Shown here: in pieces, positions 1 through 9,102 of the stretch
How the letters are laid out: every line of letters starts with the position of its first letter
How positions within the stretch are numbered: the stretch's first letter is position 1
Source of the DNA: Candidatus Bathyarchaeota archaeon
GTDB lineage: Archaea > Thermoproteota > Bathyarchaeia > 40CM-2-53-6 > RBG-13-38-9
Direction: 5' to 3'
DNA: 64,000 nucleotides
Assembly: GCA_963807605.1 (NCBI GenBank)
Contig: CAWECG010000005.1
Span: forward strand, 1 to 64,000
Translations under genes and position numbers: made by a program
The notes under the pieces: generated by a model
Seen by the model: only the letters and a program-made list of their open reading frames with translations
What the model was told of the DNA's origin: nothing
Databases searched by the model: none

Positions 1-1068
1 CGCAATAGCGGCATCGAAATCGCGCTTGATTTTGCCGTTCAATGCTCGCCCGATCATCCCTGGGTCAGGGAGCATCCGAAGTGGTTCGGACACCGGCCTG
101 ACGGCACCATTAAATACGCTGAAAATCCTCCGAAAAAATACAAGGACATCTTTCCGATTGATTTCGATACCGAAGACAGAGACGGCCTCTATCGCGAGCT
201 GCTCAACGTGGTGCTGTTCTGGATCCGGCGCGGCGTGAAGATATTCAGAGTTGACAATCCGCACACAAAACCGGCCGATTTCTGGGAATGGCTGCTGTTC
301 ACCGTCCGCAGGGAGTATCCGGACGTGATTTTCCTTGCCGAGGCCTTCACCCGTCCGAAACGCATGGCCAGGCTGGCGAAAATAGGGTTTACACAGTCGT
401 ACACCTACTTTACATGGCGCAACACGAAAAGCGAGCTGGAATCGTACGCGCATGAGCTGTTCTGCACCGACGTACGATATTATCTGAGGCCTAATTTTTT
501 CGCCAACACGCCGGATATCCTGCACTCCTTTCTGCAGGAGGGCGGCAGGCCCGCGTTTGTCATCAGGCTGGTTCTTGCCGCCACGCTGTCGCCCGCGTTC
601 GGCATTTACAACGGGTTTGAGCTGTGCGAGAACCGGGCCCTGGCGCCCGGGAGCGAAGAATATCTGAATTCGGAAAAATATGAGATCAAGGTCTGGGACT
701 GGGACCGGCCGGGCAATATCAAGGATATCGTGGCCCGGATCAACAGCGTCAGAAAAGAAAATCCCGCATTGCAGTCTTCGGAAGGGTTTACAATACTGGA
801 ATCAACGTGCCAGGATATCATCGCCTATGCAAAAACCTGCCCTCAAAAAAACAACCGCATAATCGTGGTCGTCAACCTCGACCCCCATCACGTCCATGAA
901 GGAACGATCGGCGTGCCCGAGGCCGTCGTCGGCAGCGGCGATTACACTGCTTACATGGTGAAAGACCTTCTGAACGATGAACAGTACTGGTGGCACGGCT
1001 ACTGGAATTATGTCAAGCTCGACCCGGCGTCAAAACCCGCCCATGTTTTCAGGATCGAGGGCGGCTGA
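1..1068 (+). CDS. glgE: Alpha-1,4-glucan:maltose-1-phosphate maltosyltransferase (GH13_3), 5'-truncated by window edge
   Basis: Frame is open from base 1 (EIALDFAVQCSPDHPWV...YAENPPKKYKDI), then FRVDNPHTKP, FLAEAFTRP, GFTQSYTYFTWRN and RPNFFANTPDIL, all GlgE hallmarks. Confidence 0.95.
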   Translation, partial: RNSGIEIALDFAVQCSPDHPWVREHPKWFGHRPDGTIKYAENPPKKYKDIFPIDFDTEDRDGLYRELLNVVLFWIRRGVKIFRVDNPHTKPADFWEWLLFTVRREYPDVIFLAEAFTRPKRMARLAKIGFTQSYTYFTWRNTKSELESYAHELFCTDVRYYLRPNFFANTPDILHSFLQEGGRPAFVIRLVLAATLSPAFGIYNGFELCENRALAPGSEEYLNSEKYEIKVWDWDRPGNIKDIVARINSVRKENPALQSSEGFTILESTCQDIIAYAKTCPQKNNRIIVVVNLDPHHVHEGTIGVPEAVVGSGDYTAYMVKDLLNDEQYWWHGYWNYVKLDPASKPAHVFRIEGG

Positions 1069-1218
1069 AGTTTGTTTTCTGGCCGGTGAAAAAAATAACC
1101 AGGTAAATGAAATGAGAAAAGAGTACGATTTTTCAAAAAATCGCTTTTAATCCGCCCCGCTCACGAGAATGCATGGAATACCGGGATTTCTTCGGGGATC
1201 GCCATAGGGAGACCTTTA

Positions 1219-2067
1219 TGAAAGCAATAAGTTTTATTATGGGCTGGTTTCTTTTTGGAGTGATCACATGGGTTCAGGCGGAAAATCTTATTCCCTCCAC
1301 TGTCAACAAAGCGCCCGATTATTACTGCACGTTGGCGGCACAGAATTATATGGAAGGCTGGGGCGTTACCAATTTCGATTGTTCGACCATAGAAGGAGGC
1401 ATCGGCACTGACGGCACCAATGAAATCGACATCGAGTATGCCCGGTGGGGAAATGCCGCCTGGCCGGACGGCAATTACACGGTGTACCCGAATTCCGGCG
1501 CAACGGTGGGTGAGACAACATTCAATTTCACCCTGGCCGGCACTTACACCACATCCTCGTTCGTGTGGACAAGCGCCAGCATCGCCTTTACGAGCCAGGA
1601 AGGTTTCAAGGCGGTTTGAGACAACAACGGAATTATCAAAAGCTGGACCTATGCTCCATCAAACCCGTTCGTCAATATTCCCCAGAGGGCAATGCCGCTC
1701 GGCATGAACCTGTGGCTCTGCAGCGGATGCGGCGGCGCGCCCAGCAATGGCCAGCCGGTCGATATTATCGTCCGCAGTTTCCAATTTATTCCTCTTGGAA
1801 CATCCGCGGGCGTAATAAAACCTCATATAGGATTGGTTGTACCGGCTGTTGTTTCGGTTGTTAATGGCAATATTCTTGTACGGCTAGATTCGTTCTGCGA
1901 ATCATGAATTACCCTTGCAGATTCTTGATACTCGTGGTCGTGTCATTCGCAAAGCAATCATACCGGCAAGTGCGAAGGGGATTTCCATACCCGGAATCGG
2001 TGCCGGCGTGCACATGGTGAATATTTCCGGATGCAGCGTTGCACGGAAGACTATTATAAGTCAATAA
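1219..2067 (+). pseudogene. Decayed secreted glycoside hydrolase (GH16-like EIDIE motif) with C-terminal secretion-type tail
   Basis: Signal peptide MKAISFIMGW..., then NEIDIEYARWG. An in-frame TGA at 1617-1619 is followed by in-frame continuation (DNNGIIKSWTYAP...MPLGMNLWL). A frameshift near 1905 leads into LQILDTRGRVIRK...GAGVHMV..., ending TAA at 2067. Confidence 0.65.
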
Positions 2068-2236
2068 TAAGGCAGAGGATAAGAATGGCGCTGTTTTTAT
2101 AGCTTGTCTGTGGAAAAATATTAATAAAAAAATATTTCTAATATAGTATTATCTAAATGGTGCAGATATGTTAAAAATGTGTATCTATATTAATATCAAT
2201 AAATTAAAAACTATGTATCAGGACAATTAATTACGG

Positions 2237-2263
2237 AAGTGTGGAATAAAATATTCCACACTT
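2237..2263. promoter_or_regulatory. Perfect 12-bp inverted repeat in AT-rich region upstream of the TIGR02147 gene (operator or terminator)
   Basis: AAGTGTGGAATA-AAA-TATTCCACACTT, followed by a T run. Confidence 0.5.
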
Positions 2264-2365
2264 TTTTATTTTCAACGCGTTTTGTTTTGCTTTGGCCGTC
2301 CACATTGTTTATTATATAACCAGGGAAGGGTATAAAAACCGTTTGGACTGGAGTAAAAGGCATCA

Positions 2366-3199
2366 ATGAAAACGCTGTTTGAATACCTTGAATACCGCGA
2401 TTATCTCAAAGACTATTACGAATGCAACAAGCAGCAGTATCCCTTTTTCTCGTACCGGTACATTTCGAGAAAAACCGGTCTCGACGCCAGTTTTTATGTC
2501 AAGGTCCTGCAAAAGCAGATGCATATTTCCGACAAGGCTGTCCAGCCTCTTGCCGATTTTCTCAAGCTGAACAAAAGGGAAACTGAATATTTCAAACTCC
2601 TTGTCAGATTCAACAGGGTAAAACAACAGGACAAGAGCAGGTTGTATTTCGAAAAGCTGATCGAGCTCCGCGAACCGAGGATAAATACGCTCGACTCGGC
2701 GAAATACGAGTTTTTCAACAAATGGTATTATATCGCGATTAGGGAACTCCTTAATTATTACCGTTTTTCCGGCGATTACAAGGCGCTTGCGGCAAAACTC
2801 AATCCGCCTATCAGCGTTCCCGACGCCCGGCATGCGATCGAACTTCTTGAAAGGCTCTCGTTAATCAAGAAAGACCCCGGCGGAGTGTACACGCTCACCG
2901 ACCAGTTCGTTACCACCGGGGAATCGTGGAATTCGATTGCCATCGAAAATTTCCAGAAACAGGCCATTGCACTTGCGGAAGAGTCGATCACCAGAATTCC
3001 CAAGAAGAACCGCGAAACGTCCACCGTCACCGTGAGCATTTCGCAGAAATGCTTTGAGGCCATGAAAGAGCGATTACGGGAAGTGCGCAAGGAATTGCTC
3101 GAAATGGCACGGCTCGACGAGAAGCCTGATGGAGTGTATCATGTGAATTTCCAGATTTTTCCTCTCACCGCCGCAGGCAGGGAGGAGAGGAAGCCATGA
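2366..3199 (+). CDS. TIGR02147 family protein (Fibrobacter-type paralogous family, DUF4423)
   Basis: LFEYLEYRDYLKDYY, FSYRYIS, WYYIAIRELL, RETSTVTVS and VYHVNFQIFPL match the family pattern; 277 aa. Confidence 0.9.
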   Translation: MKTLFEYLEYRDYLKDYYECNKQQYPFFSYRYISRKTGLDASFYVKVLQKQMHISDKAVQPLADFLKLNKRETEYFKLLVRFNRVKQQDKSRLYFEKLIELREPRINTLDSAKYEFFNKWYYIAIRELLNYYRFSGDYKALAAKLNPPISVPDARHAIELLERLSLIKKDPGGVYTLTDQFVTTGESWNSIAIENFQKQAIALAEESITRIPKKNRETSTVTVSISQKCFEAMKERLREVRKELLEMARLDEKPDGVYHVNFQIFPLTAAGREERKP

Positions 3200-4827
3200 A
3201 AAAAGACTGGTGCTTACTTGTACTGGGTTGTGCGACTTTGCTTTTGGTGGCCTGTTCGACCATGGGACCTTCCGCCGATGGATCGGGCACCGAAACGACA
3301 ACCGGCTATACGGCAACCGCCGTTTATCCGGACGGAACGCGGGCGGCAGGCGCGCTGGTGCGTGTGCGCTCAATCGACTATTTCCGGCAGATCGATTCTT
3401 CAAAAAATACCGGCATCCGGTATGACACCGTCACGGACAACGCAGGAAGGTTCCATTTCAGCAGGATGGACACGGGCAGGTTCGTCATTGAGGTCAACGA
3501 CCGCAAGAAATTTACCGTTGCGGTCAGGTGCGATATCCGGCCTGCCGACAGCCTTGTCGATCTGGGGACATGGACTGTCAGGCCGTATGCAAATCTTTCT
3601 GGTACCCTCGACACGCCCGGCGTAACCGGGGGCCTTCTGTATGTGGCCGTGCGCGGCCTTGAGAGGCTGTCCCTGACAGCAGCAAACGGGGCGTTTGTCA
3701 TCAACAACATGCCTGAAGGCAATTTCGAAATACATGTTTTCGCCGACAGTGCGGCACATGCCCATAATGTTCTTGATAATGTAAAGACCATCTCCGGAAA
3801 CACGTTTTCGGTGAAGGTCCCGTCGGGCTGGCAATATTCCCGCCTTGTCTACTTCAATACGACCGCAAGCGGTGCAGGCATTGGCGGCGATGTGACGGGG
3901 TTCCCTGTCCTTATCCGCCTTAAGGCTTCCAATTTCGATTTCACCCAGGCGGCCGATTCCGGGCGCGATCTTCGCTTCACGAAAACGGACGGTTCGCTTT
4001 TGTCACGCCAGATCGAACGGTTCAGCAGGCTTGATGGGGCGGCTGAGGTATGGGTAGGAGTGGATACCGTTCACGGTAACGACAGCAGCCAGGCTGTGGT
4101 CATGTCGTGGGGAAATCCCGCAGCATCCATGGTGTCAAACGGCCCGGCAGTGTTCGACACGGCAAACGGCTTCCTTGGTGTATGGCATTTGTCGGAAGCG
4201 GCAAACGCGACAGCATACGATGCAACGGGGAACGGCCATGACGGCATCAATGACGGCGCTTCGGATACCACCGGAATAATCGGCAATTGCAAAGCTTTTC
4301 ACGGGAACGATTCGGTGATGATCGCAGGGCTGCTCGGCATGCCGCACACCGTGACGATAAGCGCCTGGGCGCAGACATTCGCAGCCGATACCGGCTCCTA
4401 TGAGATTCTCTCGATTGGCGGGTACATTTTCATGCGCATGGACATCAACCAGGTTTTTTCAGCATCCGGTTTGTTTCATATCCGGAACGATAATTCGCCC
4501 GTTGTTACCTGGCTGATCCTTGGGGCGCAGTTTTCGCCAAAATCCGAATGGCATTACCTGACTTACTCCATTGACAGCGCCGGCCGGACGCATTCGATTT
4601 CCGTGGATGGTGCTGCGCCGACCGTGAATGCGGTGACCGATTCGGTCTATTTTTCGGGTCTGCGCGACAGCACCTGCATCGGCGCATACGCCATTGGCAA
4701 CAATCAATATAATTTCATCGGCAACATCGATGAGGTGCGCGTGAGCACGGTGGTCCGGTCGGCGGATTGGAACAGGTTATGCTACATGAACCAGAAGGAA
4801 CCGGACGCGCTTGTCAAGATGAAGTAA
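3196..4827 (+). CDS. Lipoprotein with carboxypeptidase-regulatory-like, DUF2341 and LamG/ConA domains
   Basis: Lipobox LVAC, SGTETT, FPVLIRL...DLRFTK...AEVWV (DUF2341), GVWHL and FIGNIDEVRVS (LamG). Overlaps the TIGR02147 stop (ATGA coupling). Confidence 0.85.
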   Translation: MKKDWCLLVLGCATLLLVACSTMGPSADGSGTETTTGYTATAVYPDGTRAAGALVRVRSIDYFRQIDSSKNTGIRYDTVTDNAGRFHFSRMDTGRFVIEVNDRKKFTVAVRCDIRPADSLVDLGTWTVRPYANLSGTLDTPGVTGGLLYVAVRGLERLSLTAANGAFVINNMPEGNFEIHVFADSAAHAHNVLDNVKTISGNTFSVKVPSGWQYSRLVYFNTTASGAGIGGDVTGFPVLIRLKASNFDFTQAADSGRDLRFTKTDGSLLSRQIERFSRLDGAAEVWVGVDTVHGNDSSQAVVMSWGNPAASMVSNGPAVFDTANGFLGVWHLSEAANATAYDATGNGHDGINDGASDTTGIIGNCKAFHGNDSVMIAGLLGMPHTVTISAWAQTFAADTGSYEILSIGGYIFMRMDINQVFSASGLFHIRNDNSPVVTWLILGAQFSPKSEWHYLTYSIDSAGRTHSISVDGAAPTVNAVTDSVYFSGLRDSTCIGAYAIGNNQYNFIGNIDEVRVSTVVRSADWNRLCYMNQKEPDALVKMK

Positions 4828-4875
4828 ACAGGTGGCACGATCCAGCAGGGTTAATGCTTGACAGGGGAGGGGTAA

Positions 4876-6183
4876 ATGACAGGGACGATCCGGATCGCGG
4901 GAGCGATTTTTTTCGCCGCGTTTATTGCTGTAAACGTTCATGCCCAGGCCACTGTGTCGGGCCAGGTACGGTCAACGGTAGGCGTTCCCATAAAAGGCGC
5001 AACGGTCAAACTGGTCACCTTGAATCTGACAAGGACGACCGATGATTCGGGGAAGTATGATTTCAATGTGCCGGTAGCTACCCGGCCATTTTCCGTAAAA
5101 CAGGAAAGCCCTGCTTATTCCATTATCGCCAAAGGCAGGCAGATGGACCTTACCGTGGTTCATAGTGAAAGGTTTTCGATCGGGATGTTCGATCTTTCCG
5201 GCAAATTGATCCGCACCTTGCTTGACAGACCACTCGCACCCGGCCGCCATACCATTGATCTGGGAAGCGCGGACAATTCAAACCAGCTGTACATGGTGAA
5301 AATACGGGCGGGCTCCGCCACCGCATGCTATAAATTTGCCCCCAGCATCGGGATGAATGTCGTTCAGCCTCTTATGCCGGATATTTCACCTCTGGCAAAA
5401 ACCGGGGCTGTTTCTGCCGCAGATTCCATTGTTGTGACGCATCCGGATTACTGGGGCGGGCTTGACGCCATCAATTCAAGAAAAGTTTCCTCGACCACAG
5501 GCACCCAGAACTTCAGGATGTTTCCCTTTGATACCTCGGCCACCGGCTGGTTTGCGTCAAAAATGAATTTTGTCTTCACGCCTGACACCGTCGGCGTCAG
5601 TTATTACAAGCAGAAAGTACCGGATTACGAGTTCGAGGAGCGGCAAACGCAGCGTGAGATCCAGCAATGTTTATGGCGGCTTCCTGCCGATGTCCCGTCC
5701 GGTAAAAAATATGCGACCTATAATTGCAATGTAAACGCCACTGTTACGACCGGCGTTGCGGCCACGGGCGGCAACACGCTTGGCCTTAACCCGGGGTATT
5801 GCAACAATAAACCGTGGTGGGAAATCCTGGGCGTGCAGCACCACGAAATGGTGCATTCGTACCAGCAATATTACAACACCACCGGCGCCGATGGTTTTGG
5901 AGAGGCAATACCGGACGCGATCCGCGCCCTGTGCGGGTTTTTCTACTGGCCGGCAGGCACCAAATGCTCGGGAGGGTTTGCGGGCGCGTATCAGACCGGA
6001 GGAAAATATTGGTATTACATCGAACTCAAGCATCCGGGTTTCATTTATCGGGTGATGAACGCGCCGCAGACCGGCGACATCTCGGCGAGGGTCCTCTCGT
6101 TGACTGGCGATTCCCTTTCGACAATGTGCAGGGAATGCGAAACAAGCGGGATGCCGTATACACTCGGCCGCGGGACATTCTGA
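4876..6183 (+). CDS. Secreted protein with C-terminal BSP (basic secretory protein)-type zinc metallopeptidase domain
   Basis: Signal peptide; FlgD-like segment (FDLSGKLIRTL); HHEMVHSYQ (HExxH) followed by GFGEAIPDAIR. Confidence 0.7.
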   Translation: MTGTIRIAGAIFFAAFIAVNVHAQATVSGQVRSTVGVPIKGATVKLVTLNLTRTTDDSGKYDFNVPVATRPFSVKQESPAYSIIAKGRQMDLTVVHSERFSIGMFDLSGKLIRTLLDRPLAPGRHTIDLGSADNSNQLYMVKIRAGSATACYKFAPSIGMNVVQPLMPDISPLAKTGAVSAADSIVVTHPDYWGGLDAINSRKVSSTTGTQNFRMFPFDTSATGWFASKMNFVFTPDTVGVSYYKQKVPDYEFEERQTQREIQQCLWRLPADVPSGKKYATYNCNVNATVTTGVAATGGNTLGLNPGYCNNKPWWEILGVQHHEMVHSYQQYYNTTGADGFGEAIPDAIRALCGFFYWPAGTKCSGGFAGAYQTGGKYWYYIELKHPGFIYRVMNAPQTGDISARVLSLTGDSLSTMCRECETSGMPYTLGRGTF

Positions 6184-6450
6184 AAACAACTAAAAACACC
6201 AAGGACGGCGTTTTTCACGCAGGCGCTTTCTGGGACCTGAAGCCGTAGCTCAGGGATGCTTTAGGGTTAGTGAAGTAGTATTTCTTGTTGTTGAAGATGA
6301 AGAAGATACGGCCAAGGGGGGTTCTGAGCAAGACTACTAAGGCAGACGAACAAGCGAGCGCTAACAAATTGTGAGCGTGAGCGTCTGTCTTGGTCCAGGG
6401 ATAAGAGACTTACTATTCTTGGCCAGGCACATCATGGATAGGGATTAGCG

Positions 6451-8445
6451 CTACTGTACGGATGCCCAGTATATGCCGTTGTCTGTTCCCTGCGCAACGA
6501 TGTTGCAGTAGGCGTAGGTGTTTGAGGCTGCCAGCGCCGGATATGACGGTGTTGCGCCGGGGATGTTTGTCCAGCCTGTCCATGATCCACTTGAAAGAGC
6601 CAATGTGTTATAGTATATCCCGGTGCTTGTTCCTGTCACCGCAAGATACAGAGTACCGTCATAAACAGTTAAGGCTGGTTTATTGTTAGTCGCTCCTGGA
6701 AGCGCCTCCCATGTGCCCCAAGAGCCGGAGGTCCAGACTATATGGTAGACGCCGTTATTCGTTCCTCTTACAGCCAAGTCTAATCGGTTTGTTGCAGAGG
6801 AAAGTAGTGTTGGTGAAGATGAGGTTGCTCCTGGAAGACTAGTCCACCCAGACCAGCTTCCCCCACTCAAACTCTTACTGTTATAATAGATTCCGTTAGA
6901 TGTTCCTCGCACGACAATGTTAAGGGTGGTTCCAGTAGCAGCTATTGAGGGAACATCGTTAGTAGCACCTGAAAACGCGTACCAGCCATTCCAGCCGCTG
7001 CTTGTCGTCCAGTAATTATAGTATACCCCGTTATCTAAGCCGCGGACAACTAAGTGTAATGTGCCTGAGGATGTTGCAAGAGCAGGAGACGATGAGGTTG
7101 CGCCTGGGAGTTGTTCCCAACCAGTCCAGACTCCTGTGGCTAAATTCATCATATTATGGTAGATTCCGTTGTCTGTTCCACGGACCACAAGGTGAAGCGT
7201 GCCACTCACAACCGCAGCCGCCGGAACATCACTGGTAGCACCTGGAAGAGAAGTCCATGTTCCTCCTGTCCAGCTTCCACTGGTAGTCTTCTGATAGTAG
7301 ATGCCGTTAGACGTTCCTCGGACAACCAAGTAAAACTCCGTCCCGTCACTGACCAAGGCTGGTGCTGAAGAAGTACCGCCGGGAATCTGAAAGACAACAG
7401 TGTTCGTAGCTAGGTATGGTTCGTTTGCCCAGTATCCGAAGCCTTGCGTGACACTATTACTCTGCAAGTAATTGAAAACAGTCGTTTCGTTAGTGAAGCC
7501 GAGAAGCCATATTGGCTTGGTAACATCATACGCTAGCGCGCTCACGCTGGTAGGATTATACGGTGACGCCGTTTCCCTTCTCCAATTATTTACCATCACC
7601 TGCGCCTCCAGAAGGGGATTCGGCGGGTAGGCGGCCTCAATCAAGCCCACAGACTCTAGCACGAAGCCGTCAGCGCTGTCCCCCCATAGATCAATCGCTG
7701 AAGCATACTCAGCCCGCAGCTGAATTGCAGTAGCATTTGGTTGCTCGCACACGTTGTTGTCGCTGATAAACAGGACGGCGTTTGAATTCGCAGTCTTGAG
7801 AGCATTATAGATCTTCTTTGCAGCATCGTGCAGAGACTGGTACCGAAATGCCTGGTAGCTTAATGTTGGGTAATTTGCCTGCCAGTAATTGTACGCGTAA
7901 GTTGAAGTATCAGCGAATCGACCGCTACTGTCTCCGTAGAGTATTAGTGTGTCTAGGAATATTCCGTCTGCACCTGCTGCCAGGTTTGTCTGGATTCTCG
8001 GGATTGCGACTTGGTCAATGTATGGACCGTATGGGCTGAACCAATACTCGCGGGCAACAGGGTCAGGATACATGACAGTCTTGGCAGAGTCGTTGGCGAC
8101 CTGCGCCCAAGATTCTTGGGGAGTAATTGTTGTGATCCCGTTGAAGAGCCCACCGGCGACGCTGAACTCCTTCAGGGCTGTTACATAAACCATTAGCTTC
8201 AAGCCCTGACTGTGAACCGCTGCTACATACGTACTATTAACGATGGTATCGTATGAAATAACCCATTGAACATGATTTAATTGGAATTTTCCTAAGGGAC
8301 CATTGTCACTTCCTGGACCATTGTTATTAGATTTGGTCGCCAGGATCCCTGTGAGGTTGCCTGATTGCGCTTTAGACATCAGAACTTGTGAAGAAGAAGC
8401 AACCAATATGGAAAGAAGCAGGAGTGCGACTAGTATCTTTCTCAT
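6451..8445 (-). CDS. Secreted putative glycoside hydrolase-like domain fused to a 7-repeat PLL-type lectin beta-propeller
   Basis: Signal peptide; GADGIFLD and DGFVLE TIM-barrel-like motifs; seven repeats of PGAT-x3-P...L-x-L-V-V-R-G-T-D-N-G-I-Y...W-x-G-W. Confidence 0.7.
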   Translation of the reverse strand: MRKILVALLLLSILVASSSQVLMSKAQSGNLTGILATKSNNNGPGSDNGPLGKFQLNHVQWVISYDTIVNSTYVAAVHSQGLKLMVYVTALKEFSVAGGLFNGITTITPQESWAQVANDSAKTVMYPDPVAREYWFSPYGPYIDQVAIPRIQTNLAAGADGIFLDTLILYGDSSGRFADTSTYAYNYWQANYPTLSYQAFRYQSLHDAAKKIYNALKTANSNAVLFISDNNVCEQPNATAIQLRAEYASAIDLWGDSADGFVLESVGLIEAAYPPNPLLEAQVMVNNWRRETASPYNPTSVSALAYDVTKPIWLLGFTNETTVFNYLQSNSVTQGFGYWANEPYLATNTVVFQIPGGTSSAPALVSDGTEFYLVVRGTSNGIYYQKTTSGSWTGGTWTSLPGATSDVPAAAVVSGTLHLVVRGTDNGIYHNMMNLATGVWTGWEQLPGATSSSPALATSSGTLHLVVRGLDNGVYYNYWTTSSGWNGWYAFSGATNDVPSIAATGTTLNIVVRGTSNGIYYNSKSLSGGSWSGWTSLPGATSSSPTLLSSATNRLDLAVRGTNNGVYHIVWTSGSWGTWEALPGATNNKPALTVYDGTLYLAVTGTSTGIYYNTLALSSGSWTGWTNIPGATPSYPALAASNTYAYCNIVAQGTDNGIYWASVQ

Positions 8446-8559
8446 GAAATTTTCCTACTATTAGTCTCCTCCATTCACGAGCTTCGTGTATTAACTTTGC
8501 CCTGATAGCGTGGAATATACAGTAACCATACGGTATGGTTACCTAACTTGCTAACGAGC

Positions 8560-8937
8560 TTGGTGTTGTCTGAGAACAGGCGGCAAATTGCCAGCATGGA
8601 TCCTTTTTTCAAATGAATTCTATCCACGTGCAAAATAATTGAAGATCCCATTCTCGGCGCTGGCGGCCTTCTTAAGAGCTGTTACATAAACCATTACCTT
8701 CAAGCCCAGACTGTGAACCGCTGCTACAAACGAACTATTAACGATGGTATCGCATGAAATAGCCCGTTGTTCACCTCGGACTTGGAACCCTTTCAGGTCG
8801 AAGCTTGGACTATATTTAGTTATGAGAACGCTTGTGAGATCGGCTGGCTAACCGAAGGCTCCATTAGAACGTGTTAGGTGAAGAGAAGATGTGCTCAAAA
8901 TAGCAGGAAGCAGAAAAGTGAAGACTACTCCCATCAT
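8560..8937 (-). pseudogene. Heavily deleted paralog of the 6451-8445 gene
   Basis: 8678-8765 is a near-identical copy of 8177-8264. A signal-peptide-like MMGVVFTFLLPAIL starts near 8937 and is followed by a stop. Confidence 0.6.
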
Positions 8938-9102
8938 CGCATACCCCTACAGTACTAATACCGCATGCATGTATTAACCAAGCCTATCAGGTCCTTTTGA
9001 GCTTCGCAAAGCAGAGTCATTGCCGAGATGAAAACATAGAACCAAACACAGGCTCTGAATTTGCCTGACAAACACATAAAGGATCAGAGCTGTGAAGTCA
9101 GT

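Noticed and set aside
1617-1619. Selenocysteine or recoded TGA
   Set aside because: The position is not Cys-like, a further frameshift follows, and neighbouring genes use TGA as stop.
2240-2260. DnaA boxes/oriC in the AT-rich spacer
   Set aside because: TATTCCACA differs from TTATCCACA, there is no box cluster, and no replication genes are adjacent.
1735-3356. GCGCGC hexamers in the bacterial segment (1735, 3350)
   Set aside because: Expected at that GC content, located in ordinary codons, and not at breakpoints.
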